A stretch of DNA of 32,000 bases from Candidatus Thorarchaeota archaeon (GCA_008080745.1 SHMX01000012.1:13543-45542); one strand, 5' to 3'. Positions 1 to 8,360 are shown, counted from the first letter of the stretch. Translations and numbers: made by a program. Notes: generated by a model from the sequence alone, not told the origin.

Positions 1-390
1 AGAACCACAACCACGTCTAAACATGGTAAGATTCAATTTTGCTCTTGTTTCAGCAGAACGTATAGCAGGAACGAACTCTGGAGCTTTTCCAATGCCAATA
101 CCGATAACACCCTCGCCATTTCCAACTACCACCGTAATACGGAAACTCTTCTGTTGTCCGCTGTCAGACTGGCGTTGGACCAGGCTTACATCTACAATCT
201 CCTGACGAAGATCAGGGAATAGTACATCAACAATCTCAGATTCACGAATGTTATAGTTCTCTTCGATAATGGCTTCAAGACTACTAATGTGTCCTTCCTT
301 CACCATGTGACCAAGGTGGGTTTTAGGATCCCAATCATCAAGAGGGTTTCTGTCTTGACGTGACCTGCGACGTTTTCTTCTTTTACTCAT
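1..390 (-). CDS. rps5: 30S ribosomal protein uS5, 5' part (runs off the window start)
   Basis: Not in the ORF track; translated by hand from the ATG at 390: MSKRRKRRRSRQDRNPLDDWDPKTHLGHMVKEG...VSLVQRQSDSGQQKSFRITVVVGNGEGVIGIGIGKAPEFVPAIRSAETRAKLNLTMFRRGCGS. This has the archaeal uS5 motifs and follows uL18 as expected. Confidence 0.96.
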   Translation of the reverse strand, partial: MSKRRKRRRSRQDRNPLDDWDPKTHLGHMVKEGHISSLEAIIEENYNIRESEIVDVLFPDLRQEIVDVSLVQRQSDSGQQKSFRITVVVGNGEGVIGIGIGKAPEFVPAIRSAETRAKLNLTMFRRGCGS

Positions 391-403
391 AATAATTCAT
401 CCC

Positions 404-1141
404 CTATTTTTTACGCCTTTTGCCCTTTCCTTTAGCAATAAGCTTCTTTGGCTTAGGCTTTCTGGGCTTTGCACGAGGTGGTTTCTCCTCGAGTTTCTCA
501 CGTTTCTTCTTAGTTTTCTCAGGTACGGTCACTTCGACCTTCTTTGGTTTCTTAAGCTGGGATTTGGTAAGACCCTCCAACTCTTTTTTAACAGACTCAA
601 ATTGTTTGGGCAGAGTTGTGATGTTGGTCTTTTTCTTTCCAATCTCAGAGAACATGGTGGATTCCTTCTCATCCTGCAGATGCTTGAAGGATGATACAAT
701 ATGCTCACCAACGAGTCTGTCTTCATCTGGGAAGACGCCGTCGCCATGAGGGATATCTAATCCTGCATCTACTGCACCTTTCAATGCAGCATAAATTTTG
801 GATCCCTTCACTGGAGGGTGAAGTCCAATATCCAGAATGGCATTGTCAACACCGTTTGCTTTTGCACGTAATCCTGCAAGTAATCCAGTTAGGTATGCAG
901 AAGGTAGATTACAGGTTCCACCCTTCCATCCATATGCTGCTAATTCGCGAGAATCAGCTGCACTCTTAGTGAAATCACCAATAATCTTAGCGTTCACTAT
1001 CTGCACTATAACTCTACGATTGGTCTTTCTGACCACTAATCTGGGACGCCTTGAAACAAGTAGCCGTCGACGACGATAGTAGTTTGTTTTGCCTTCCCGG
1101 CGTCTTCTGAACTTAACTCTATAAGTTGGTCCTTGTGCCAT
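404..1141 (-). CDS. rpl18: 50S ribosomal protein uL18 with Lys/Pro-rich C-terminal extension
   Basis: MAQGPTYRVKFRRRREGKTNYYRR...RLVVRKTN...SAYLTGLLAG...DIGL...GSKIYAALKGAVDAGLDIPH. Start placed at ATG 1141 because the longer ORF overlaps eL19. Confidence 0.96.
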   Translation of the reverse strand: MAQGPTYRVKFRRRREGKTNYYRRRRLLVSRRPRLVVRKTNRRVIVQIVNAKIIGDFTKSAADSRELAAYGWKGGTCNLPSAYLTGLLAGLRAKANGVDNAILDIGLHPPVKGSKIYAALKGAVDAGLDIPHGDGVFPDEDRLVGEHIVSSFKHLQDEKESTMFSEIGKKKTNITTLPKQFESVKKELEGLTKSQLKKPKKVEVTVPEKTKKKREKLEEKPPRAKPRKPKPKKLIAKGKGKRRKK

Positions 1142-1142
1142 T

Positions 1143-1592
1143 TCATTTCGCCTCCAGCTTTTGCTCCTTAATGTAGGTTCGGAGGTGAGCAGTATTTCTA
1201 AACGCATTACCTTTTGCTTTCAAATAGAGCATTCTGTAAACTCTAGGAGTGATAATTCCTTCACTTCTGAGTTTCTTTAGCTCCTTACGTAAAGGACGTA
1301 TTTTTCGAATCCATCGGTCCTTACCGCTCAAGACAGATGTTGCTTTGCCTTTCTTAGTACCAGGACCTCTCCGCTGCCCTTTCCGCTTCTGCTTTATTAC
1401 GTGACGGGCTCTTCCACGACTAACGCCCTGTTTCTGTTTTGCTTGAATTGCACCTTCGTCAATGAGTCGGCGTATATCGTCTTTTGTGATAGCAAGTGAG
1501 ATCTCATCAATGAAATCAGGATCACACCATACACGGGACATTCCAACTTTGAGAACTTGTGCAGCTAATCGTTTTTGTGTGGTGAGCTTCAT
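1143..1592 (-). CDS. rpl19e: 50S ribosomal protein eL19
   Basis: MKLTTQKRLAAQVLKVGMSRVW...ITKDDIRRLI...GVSRGRAR...RRGPGTKKG...WIRKIRPLR...YRMLYLKAKG. Start at ATG 1592, 149 aa. Confidence 0.97.
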   Translation of the reverse strand: MKLTTQKRLAAQVLKVGMSRVWCDPDFIDEISLAITKDDIRRLIDEGAIQAKQKQGVSRGRARHVIKQKRKGQRRGPGTKKGKATSVLSGKDRWIRKIRPLRKELKKLRSEGIITPRVYRMLYLKAKGNAFRNTAHLRTYIKEQKLEAK

Positions 1593-1593
1593 T

Positions 1594-2646
1594 CTAGTCA
1601 ACCTCCAAGTCTTCCAAACCATCAAGTTCTGAGAAGATTTCCTCCTCGTCTAGTATCTCTGAAACACCCGGGTTAAGCACACGGAGTAACATTGCATCAG
1701 CTTTCTCAATGATAGCTTGACGCTTTTTACCCCCAACTGTTGCGCCAATTCTGATTGCGTGTATGTCAGGGTTGATTTCTTTCTCATCAATATCTTCAGG
1801 ACGCTCAACACGTACCTCGATGTATCCCGAGGGATGAAGTCCTCGCACAGCCTTTGGTGTTCGATATCCTGATGACACCATTGCAATGCGACCTTTCTTC
1901 TTCTCACGTGTGGCGCTATCGATACCACGAACTTTTCTCCAGGAATCACTAACTCGCTTCCATCGATGAGCTTGCTCATGACGGAAGGCAGGTTTCCGCT
2001 TTTTCATTTCGGCAGAGATTCTTCGAAGTCTAGGATCATGAAGGGTTTCCCTGGTTGGAAATTCGGGTTCTTCCTTCTTTTTCTTCTCTTTCTTCTTCTT
2101 CTTTGGTTTGGGTTTTGGTGTGGGTTCAGCCTTTGGTTCCTTCTTTGGCTTTTCCTTTGGTTTAGGTTTAGCCTTAGGTGCTTCTTCCTCTTCTTTGGGA
2201 AGCATCTTCTTAGCTGCTGCTATCATCTTCTTTGCAGTAGCAGCGCCAACACCATCCACTTTTTCTGCCAATTCTTTAGGATCTGCTTGAGATACCTTCA
2301 AGACCGATTTGTATCCAGCTGCTTTCAGACTCTCTACAGTAGAGGGTCCAACACCTGAAATATCTTGGAGTTCAGGCTTCTTTGTCTTCTTCGGCTCTTT
2401 CTTGGTTTTCTTAGCAGACTTTTTCGCTTTGGGCTTTGTATCTTTAGACTCTTCAGGAAGTAGCTTCTTTGCTGCTGCTATCATCTTCTTTGCAGTAGCA
2501 GCGCCAACACCTGAAACCTTCTCAGCCAACTCTTTAGGGTCAGCACGAGAGAGTTTCAGCACAGTCTTGTATCCAGCCTCTTCGAGGCTTTCAGCTGTGG
2601 AGGGGCCTACTCCCGGAATATCTGAAAGTTTGGGCTTCTTTGACAA
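1594..2646 (-). CDS. rpl32e: 50S ribosomal protein eL32 with two N-terminal (HhH)2 domains, Lys/Pro linkers and an acidic tail
   Basis: The C-terminal eL32 core is KKRKPAFRHEQAHRWKRVSDSWRKVRGIDS...GYRTPKAVRGLHPSGYIEVRV...IRIGATVGGKKRQAI. The N-terminal ~150 aa hold two copies of L.DI.GVGPST.ESL..AGYK.VLK.S.ADPKELAEKV.GVGAATAKKMIAAAKK. Confidence 0.95.
   Translation of the reverse strand: MSKKPKLSDIPGVGPSTAESLEEAGYKTVLKLSRADPKELAEKVSGVGAATAKKMIAAAKKLLPEESKDTKPKAKKSAKKTKKEPKKTKKPELQDISGVGPSTVESLKAAGYKSVLKVSQADPKELAEKVDGVGAATAKKMIAAAKKMLPKEEEEAPKAKPKPKEKPKKEPKAEPTPKPKPKKKKKEKKKKEEPEFPTRETLHDPRLRRISAEMKKRKPAFRHEQAHRWKRVSDSWRKVRGIDSATREKKKGRIAMVSSGYRTPKAVRGLHPSGYIEVRVERPEDIDEKEINPDIHAIRIGATVGGKKRQAIIEKADAMLLRVLNPGVSEILDEEEIFSELDGLEDLEVD
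2213..2511. repeat. Exact 41-bp direct repeat inside eL32 (2213-2253 and 2471-2511)
   Basis: gctgctgctatcatcttctttgcagtagcagcgccaacacc occurs twice, 258 bp (86 codons) apart, and encodes GVGAATAKKMIAAA in both HhH units. Confidence 0.95.
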
Positions 2647-2659
2647 TTATCTCGCCTCC

Positions 2660-3223
2660 TTATACTATCGATTTCACACTTTCGCCCTTTCTCTTCCTGA
2701 TGACATAGATACCATCCATGAAGACACGTCGGTCTTTATCACGAATCTTACAGGCAAGCTGAATATTAGCAGCACTCTGAGATACATGTTCAATATCGAT
2801 GCCACTGATTATGACATCATCTTCGGTGATCTCTAATTTGACATCACCAATTAGACGGGCGGTTCTAACACCTCGTTCACCGATGAAGTTCTTAATCAGG
2901 ACCTCCTGGCCTCTTTGTTCTACAGTAATTGGAAAGTGACTATAGACAATCTTCATTTCATAGGTATAACCATGGGTCACGCCAACGAACATATTTCTCA
3001 AGTGTGCGATTATTGTTCCAACAAGAGCTCGAGTCTTCTTTCTACTAATGAAAGTAGTAGCTACAACCTCGTTATTCTCGATTTCTATTCGAGTCTGTGG
3101 TTCAGGGAAGGATCGCTCCAATGTACCAAGAGGTCCACTGACAGTCAACTTACTTCCTTCTAAGACTACTTTACAGTCTTCTGGAATTTCAATCCGTTTT
3201 TCGTAAACCGCTTTATTAGACAT
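2660..3223 (-). CDS. rpl6: 50S ribosomal protein uL6
   Basis: IEIPEDCKV...VSGPLGTLER...GTIIAHLRNMFVGVTHGY.YEMKIVYSHFPI...NFIGER...KDRRVFMDGIYV. Confidence 0.97.
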   Translation of the reverse strand: MSNKAVYEKRIEIPEDCKVVLEGSKLTVSGPLGTLERSFPEPQTRIEIENNEVVATTFISRKKTRALVGTIIAHLRNMFVGVTHGYTYEMKIVYSHFPITVEQRGQEVLIKNFIGERGVRTARLIGDVKLEITEDDVIISGIDIEHVSQSAANIQLACKIRDKDRRVFMDGIYVIRKRKGESVKSIV

Positions 3224-3237
3224 TTGTCAGTTCTCCT

Positions 3238-3630
3238 CTAATACACATATGCGAGCAATCGGCCTCCGATTCCTCGGCTCTTTGCATCATTATGGGTCAT
3301 TACGCCTTGGGGGGTCGTAACTATCAGTATACCATAGTTGTAGGCTGGAAGATACCGCTTCTCAAACCTCTCAAATCCATCACGTTTGACAGGATATCGA
3401 GGCTTGATGACTCCACACTTGTTGGTGCGGCCCATAAGCTGTATTCGAAATCTGCCCGACTTCCCATCGTCTATCTGCTCAAACTCGCCAATATATCCCT
3501 TCAACTGCATAACCTGCAGCACTCGTTCAATCAGGCTAGAAGCTGGAGCAATGATAACTTCCGGCTTACCCACTAATTCACTATTATAGATGCTAGACAT
3601 TGCATCTGCCAATGGGTCTAGTAATGTCAT
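3238..3630 (-). CDS. rps8: 30S ribosomal protein uS8
   Basis: [18 protein letters not shown]...[19 protein letters not shown]...NKCGVIKPR...[20 protein letters not shown]...GGRLLAYVY. Confidence 0.97.
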   Translation of the reverse strand: MTLLDPLADAMSSIYNSELVGKPEVIIAPASSLIERVLQVMQLKGYIGEFEQIDDGKSGRFRIQLMGRTNKCGVIKPRYPVKRDGFERFEKRYLPAYNYGILIVTTPQGVMTHNDAKSRGIGGRLLAYVY

Positions 3631-3645
3631 TCTTGTTAGACCTCC

Positions 3646-3816
3646 CTAGCTATATTTCTTGAAACCTATCTTCTCTGCTGTTTCTCTAAAACAGCGTCGG
3701 CACATATACAGGCCATAGGAACGGATGATGCCTCGGTGTGTTCCGCAGCGGATACAGGACCTGCTGCCCTTTCCCATCTTTTTGCGTTTCTTTCCACGTT
3801 CTTTCTTACTCATCAT
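3646..3816 (-). CDS. rps14: 30S ribosomal protein uS14 (zinc-binding, 56 aa)
   Basis: Not in the ORF track. Hand translation: [56 protein letters not shown]. It has two CxxC pairs, a GAGGTG ribosome-binding site upstream, and sits between uL5 and uS8. Confidence 0.97.
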   Translation of the reverse strand: MMSKKERGKKRKKMGKGSRSCIRCGTHRGIIRSYGLYMCRRCFRETAEKIGFKKYS

Positions 3817-3824
3817 CGTTCACC

Positions 3825-4409
3825 TCAAAATAGATAGGTCCTCTCACGTTCTTTCTCAAGGATCTCTATTCCGAACTTTTCCTTGATGAAGACCATTGAT
3901 TCTTCTGGTGTCATTCTGTGTCTCCAAGGGACTTTCTGTCTCCTGCGACGTCTACGTTTCACTCTGAAACCAGGACGCTCAACACAGACTGTGATATTCA
4001 TTCCTTGAATTCCTAATTGTGGATCGTACTTGACATCGGGAATGTCAATATGCTCACTAATACCGAAAGCAAAATTGCCATCATCGTCCCAATTCTTGAA
4101 TAACAGTATGTTATCCTTGGCTTCCAAGGCTTTCTTGAGAAACTCTTCCGCCAAATCGTCTCGAAGGGTAACTCGGACGGCAATTGGCTCTCTTCGACGT
4201 ATACCGAAATCACGTACAGTTTGTTTTGCACGGGACACTACTGGAGTTTGACCTGTTAGGTCTTCCAAGATAGTAGTAGCTCTTTCAAGGACACCTCCGC
4301 CACCTGTACACATATCAACTACGACTTTCTCAATCTTGGGTTTTCTCATCGGAGAGTATTCCCATTCTTGGACGTATAGATCAGCGTTAGGTAACTCAAT
4401 CTCACTCAT
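3825..4409 (-). CDS. rpl5: 50S ribosomal protein uL5
   Basis: PMRKPKIEKVVV...LEDLTGQTPV...TVRDFGIRRREPIAVRVTLR...GNFAFGISEHIDIPDVKYDPQLGIQGMNITV. Confidence 0.97.
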   Translation of the reverse strand: MSEIELPNADLYVQEWEYSPMRKPKIEKVVVDMCTGGGGVLERATTILEDLTGQTPVVSRAKQTVRDFGIRRREPIAVRVTLRDDLAEEFLKKALEAKDNILLFKNWDDDGNFAFGISEHIDIPDVKYDPQLGIQGMNITVCVERPGFRVKRRRRRRQKVPWRHRMTPEESMVFIKEKFGIEILEKERERTYLF

Positions 4410-5161
4410 TAGCTAGAGCCTCCTTCGGGACCAAGACTCACAACAGGCTTGTCCTTGCCGATAACAAAGACATAATCAAGTGCTGTTTGAAGGCGATTGC
4501 CTTCAGAGTCTTGTATTGTAACAGTACTTGCATGGGTCCCGTATCGTTTCTCAATCTCTACAATACGACCTTGTATACCAACGTTCTTACCTTGTGTAAC
4601 TAATGCATGCACACCAGTATCAAGAGATATCGACTCGCTGACATCCTGGTCAGGAATTGTAATCTTCAATGTATCAAGAGTTTTGTAATCTGATGCATCA
4701 TGTCCTTCAGGAAGAAGGATATTTCTGCCATCATGAAGGGTAATCTGCAATTTACCTCCTGATACCATCATCTTCCTTTCAATTCTGCAGAGCTTGAATT
4801 TTGCCTCTGCTTCATCAATAGGAACCAATAGGAATCCGCCACGGTGTTTTGGCAATAAACGATATTTCTCACCCGAGTTTTCAATCTCAATCACATCCAT
4901 CAGACCAACAGGATAGCGACCATCTTTTCGGGTTCTTCCGTCAACGGTTACTTGACCACTGGAGAGTATTGCTTTGACTTCACGCATATTCTCTGCGTAT
5001 CCAAGGATTTCCCGAAGAACAATAGCTAAAGTTAGACTATTTTCTTTAGGATGAGGACCGGGAATCGGTCTGGTTATGAACTTCCCGTGTTTCCTTTTTA
5101 TTGGCCAATGCCTTGGCGCAGGTAGGCGCTTTAGATGTTTTTTCTGGCCTCGTCGTACCAT
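4409..5161 (-). CDS. rps4e: 30S ribosomal protein eS4
   Basis: RGQKKHLKRLPAPRHWPI...PIPGPH...VDGRTRKDGRYPVGLMDVI...LCRIERK...LHDGRNIL. Confidence 0.97.
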   Translation of the reverse strand: MVRRGQKKHLKRLPAPRHWPIKRKHGKFITRPIPGPHPKENSLTLAIVLREILGYAENMREVKAILSSGQVTVDGRTRKDGRYPVGLMDVIEIENSGEKYRLLPKHRGGFLLVPIDEAEAKFKLCRIERKMMVSGGKLQITLHDGRNILLPEGHDASDYKTLDTLKITIPDQDVSESISLDTGVHALVTQGKNVGIQGRIVEIEKRYGTHASTVTIQDSEGNRLQTALDYVFVIGKDKPVVSLGPEGGSS

Positions 5162-5163
5162 AA

Positions 5164-5550
5164 TTATTCACTCTCCGCAATTTCAAGTATTTTCTTCTCG
5201 ATTATCGCTCTGCGATCATCGTCTAATTCTAATTTCACCAGCATCAAATTGGACGGATGAATTGGAATTTGGACCTCCTTCCCATCTGCCTTTGTTGTAC
5301 TAGCGTTGTCCAAATAGACTAGGGCTTTAGTATAGTCGATTCGTACAATCTTTCCTTCTGTATCTCTGAATTGTCCCCGCATGACTCGTACGAGGTCGCC
5401 TTTCCTTGCAACAAGAGATCTAAGACCATATTCCTCACGAAGGAATTCATCCAATCGGCAACGTAGTAGTTTCTTATGCTCATGAATGGATGATTTGCGT
5501 AGGAATCGCCTCTGTTTGCGTGGGGATTTTGAACTTGGTTTCTTTGCCAT
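5164..5550 (-). CDS. rpl24: 50S ribosomal protein uL24
   Basis: SSKSPRKQRRFL...LREEYGLRSLVARKGDLVRVMRGQFR...KADGKEVQIPIHPSNLMLVKLELDD. Confidence 0.97.
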   Translation of the reverse strand: MAKKPSSKSPRKQRRFLRKSSIHEHKKLLRCRLDEFLREEYGLRSLVARKGDLVRVMRGQFRDTEGKIVRIDYTKALVYLDNASTTKADGKEVQIPIHPSNLMLVKLELDDDRRAIIEKKILEIAESE

Positions 5551-5561
5551 CTATATCAACC

Positions 5562-5984
5562 TCATACAATTTTCGATGCAATAGCAGCAACACGTGGATA
5601 CTTCAGAGTGACTTCACGGGCCATGGGGCCTCGAAGTTCGGACCCTTGGGGTTCTCCACCAGGCTTCACCAATACTGCAGCATTATCTTCGAATTGCATC
5701 CACGTCCCATCTGGTCTGCGGAAAATCTTTCTCTGTCGCACGATAATTGCGATGAAGACTTGTTTGCGTAATTCTTGTTTTCCTTTTGTAACTGCAACGC
5801 TAACTGTGTCACCAATACCAGCTTTTGCAAGTCTGCGTAGACGTCCTTGGTATCCCATAACACCAATAATCTGGAGTTCTTTTGCACCAGAGTTATCTGC
5901 ACAAGTAATCTTTGCTCCAACAGGCAGACCACGTGCAATTCGTGGAACGAATTTTCTAATACCTCTTCCAACTTTTCTCGACAA
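5562..5984 (-). CDS. rpl14: 50S ribosomal protein uL14 (TTG start)
   Basis: GLPVGAKITCADNSGAKEL...GIGDTVSVAVTKG...IIVRQRKIFRRPDG...FEDNAAVLV...G.PMAREV...YPRVAAIASKIV. Confidence 0.97.
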   Translation of the reverse strand: MSRKVGRGIRKFVPRIARGLPVGAKITCADNSGAKELQIIGVMGYQGRLRRLAKAGIGDTVSVAVTKGKQELRKQVFIAIIVRQRKIFRRPDGTWMQFEDNAAVLVKPGGEPQGSELRGPMAREVTLKYPRVAAIASKIV

Positions 5985-5987
5985 TGG

Positions 5988-6350
5988 TTATTCCTCCTTT
6001 ATCTCCGCAGGGGTGACATGGATTACGACCGAAGAGATTGTCTTGCTTATTGGTCTGCATTCTGCGACTCGTACATAATCTCCAGCCTTGACATCAATAC
6101 AAGATGGGAGATAGGCATGTTTTTTCGTTCTGCGTCGTTCGTACCGCATGAATTTCTTTACCAATGCAATGTAGTCAGTCTGGTACGTGATTGCTTTATG
6201 CATCTTAGTGCTTGTCACAATACCTTCCATGAGTCTACCGCGTACTGGTAGATTACCATGAAATGGGCAATTAGGGTCATCACATATTTTCTCTGGAGGA
6301 TTGACCCCAGCAATACCGATGTTACGAACTTTCTGTTTATCCTTCGCCAT
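5988..6350 (-). CDS. rps17: 30S ribosomal protein uS17
   Basis: RNIGIAGVNPPEKICDDPNCPFHGNLPVRG...RYERRRTKKHAYLPSCI...GDYVRVAECRPISKT. Start placed at ATG 6350 (alternative 6359). Confidence 0.96.
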   Translation of the reverse strand: MAKDKQKVRNIGIAGVNPPEKICDDPNCPFHGNLPVRGRLMEGIVTSTKMHKAITYQTDYIALVKKFMRYERRRTKKHAYLPSCIDVKAGDYVRVAECRPISKTISSVVIHVTPAEIKEE

Positions 6351-6352
6351 CT

Positions 6353-6637
6353 TTACCATCTCCTACTGAGGCGTTTCTTCAATCGATCCTCAGGGCGTCC
6401 CTGTAGATACTCGCCATCAACGCGGACGACGGTTCTATCAGGTAGTGTAATATCAAAGACACAGACACTCTTTGGCAACAATACATTACCAGTGTCGGTA
6501 TCTAGTGTAATCATCTCTTTTGACTCACCAATGATTTTTCCAGACCTACAGATGAGAGTAGGGTCCCGTGAATCACAGACATGGGCCTTTAGGCCAACAA
6601 GCTCGTGGCCAATTAGATTTCGTGGAGTAATTGTCAT
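6353..6637 (-). CDS. rnp1: Ribonuclease P protein subunit Rpp29/Pop4
   Basis: ITPRNLIGHELVGLKAHV...GKIIGESKEMI...LLPKSVCVF...VDGEYLQGRPEDRLKK. Canonical position between uL29 and uS17. Confidence 0.95.
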   Translation of the reverse strand: MTITPRNLIGHELVGLKAHVCDSRDPTLICRSGKIIGESKEMITLDTDTGNVLLPKSVCVFDITLPDRTVVRVDGEYLQGRPEDRLKKRLSRRW

Positions 6638-6846
6638 CTCTCAAGCCCCAGTTCTTCTTCTCGTTGGACGGTGAGTATTCTCGCGATTGCTTTCTTAATG
6701 ATTCGAGTTCGATAGGGGTTCTCAGTACCGCCGCCGGTTGCTAGAGAAATTCTCTCGCTAGAGAGCTCATCATATAGTTCCTCAAGCCTCTTCTGACGTT
6801 CTGCAGGAGTGAGTTTTCGAATATCTTTGGCTGTTAGTTGTGGCAT
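6634..6846 (-). CDS. rpl29: 50S ribosomal protein uL29
   Basis: LTAKDIRKLTPAERQKRLEEL..EL...GGGTENPYRTRIIKKAIARILTV. Confidence 0.96.
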   Translation of the reverse strand: MPQLTAKDIRKLTPAERQKRLEELYDELSSERISLATGGGTENPYRTRIIKKAIARILTVQREEELGLER

Positions 6847-7706
6847 TATTCTTCGCCTCCATCAGATTCTACTGATTCAGCCGACTCGGCTGATTCTTCA
6901 TCTTCATTCGATTCCTCAGTGCTCTCTTCTGCTACTTCCTCTTCTTCCTCGATTAGTTCAAGACCATCAAGTTCTTCGAGTTCTCGAAGCTCATCAATGT
7001 CGGTTATACCCTCAAGGGTTTCCTCAACTTCGTCCTCTTCTGCGGCTTCAGCCTCTTCTTCCTCTTCTTCTGGAGGTTTGACAAGAGTTGGTTGAGGTTC
7101 TTTACGAGGCTTTGGTTTCTTGACTGTAATAACCCCAGGTAACTTTGTTTCAGGACGCATAATGCGAACCTTGATACCAATAACACCTGGTTTTAGTACA
7201 GCAATATCATCGGACTCGTCAACAAAGGTTGTTGCGGGTTGTCCAGTCTTTGCGATAGTACCCTGTTTGAACTTCTGATACCTTGCACGTCGGCTTGAGA
7301 GCTTTCCTTTTACGATAATCTCGCATCCGATTGCACCAGCACGCATGACCCGTCGAAGCACCCAATAAGCCATCCTTCTGAATCGAACGCCACGTTCGAG
7401 TTGTCTAGCAAGGCGAGATGCCATAACTTGAGCACTGAGCCAGGGGTTATCGATTTCGTTGACTTCAACCTGAACATTCTCAATTCCAAATTCGGTTTCA
7501 AGAATATAGGTCAGTTCACGAATCTTTGATCCTCGTCGTCCAATCACAACACCCGGACGAGATGCATGTATGACAATCTCGGTTCTCATGGGCATCTTTC
7601 TAATCTCGCATCCACCATATCCAGCCGAGTTGAGTTCTCGCGTGAGAAATTCATCAATCTTGAGGGTACGAGTGTTCTGCTCGATAAAGTACTTGATTGC
7701 CGACAT
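6846..7706 (-). CDS. rps3: 30S ribosomal protein uS3 with long acidic C-terminal tail
   Basis: The KH domain reads AGYGGCEIRKMPMRTEIVIHASRPGVVIGRRG, followed by QLERGVRFRR and GCEIIVKGKL. About 70 aa of Glu/Asp-rich sequence end the protein. Confidence 0.97.
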   Translation of the reverse strand: MSAIKYFIEQNTRTLKIDEFLTRELNSAGYGGCEIRKMPMRTEIVIHASRPGVVIGRRGSKIRELTYILETEFGIENVQVEVNEIDNPWLSAQVMASRLARQLERGVRFRRMAYWVLRRVMRAGAIGCEIIVKGKLSSRRARYQKFKQGTIAKTGQPATTFVDESDDIAVLKPGVIGIKVRIMRPETKLPGVITVKKPKPRKEPQPTLVKPPEEEEEEAEAAEEDEVEETLEGITDIDELRELEELDGLELIEEEEEVAEESTEESNEDEESAESAESVESDGGEE

Positions 7707-8171
7707 TTAGGCCACCTCTTCTAGTACAATCTCTACGTGTGTGGTGTTCTCAAAATATGGAGAACTTCTACCAAAGGCTCGTTCAATGAACGCCTTGTAG
7801 GTTCGTCCACGGTGTGCAGCTGCGTGCATGACTCTTAACCTGTCAATATCCAGGCCTTTGTTGTCAGCATTAGCCTCAGCATTCCTGACGATTTTTAGGA
7901 TCATCTGAGCGGGCTTCACCGGATGTCCACCTGAAGGCCATTTCTTCATTCCTGAATGGTGACCTCTCTTTTTCTTGTGGCGTCTGTAAGGAACCCATGC
8001 TTTTTCCTCAATTACGGCCTCAAGATAGTCTATTGCCTTGTCCAGCATCATTCCTTTGATGGCCTTACATACCTCTCTCGAGAACTTTGGGGAACAACGC
8101 ATATTCCTACCGCTAGCTATAGCGGTCCTATCTGGGTCAATGCCTATTATTGAATATCTATACGATGGCAT
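7707..8171 (-). CDS. rpl22: 50S ribosomal protein uL22
   Basis: YRYS...TAIASGRNMRCSPKFSREVCKAIKGM...VPYRRHKKKRGH...GGHPVK...NAEANADNKGLD...RAFGRSSP...HVEIVLEE. Confidence 0.97.
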   Translation of the reverse strand: MPSYRYSIIGIDPDRTAIASGRNMRCSPKFSREVCKAIKGMMLDKAIDYLEAVIEEKAWVPYRRHKKKRGHHSGMKKWPSGGHPVKPAQMILKIVRNAEANADNKGLDIDRLRVMHAAAHRGRTYKAFIERAFGRSSPYFENTTHVEIVLEEVA

Positions 8172-8360
8172 AGTGCCTCACTTCCGGTTATCTTGACTTG
8201 TGTGCGCTCACTTTCTGAGCAAGTCTTAGTCAAATGGCACCCTCGGACTAACCACTTCGAATCAGGACCCGGCACGCGTCTGCAGACGGTTCTCGCGAGC
8301 AGAACTAGCTGTCTGCACTGCTCCGTTGATTCTGAAACAGTCGTCTTTAGAGAGCAACTA
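8172..8360 (-). promoter_or_regulatory. Probable ~190-nt structured 5' leader of the r-protein operon
   Basis: Non-coding and comparatively GC-rich, with hairpins at 8281-8317 and 8195-8225. It lies between a TATA-like box (8383-8388) and the uL22 ATG. The 5' boundary is inferred from TATA spacing. Confidence 0.55.

Noticed and set aside
6634-6637. No SUI1/aIF1 gene between uL29 and Rpp29
   Set aside because: SUI1 is at this position only in some archaeal lineages, so its absence is not unusual.
23-8153. Many plus-strand and alternate-frame ORFs over the ribosomal cluster (e.g. 420-749, 1966-2358, 2309-2836, 5608-6078, 6258-6674, 6838-7095)
   Set aside because: They are antisense shadows of well-supported r-protein genes. 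Their Phe/Ser/Leu-rich composition mirrors the Lys/Glu-rich codons on the coding strand.
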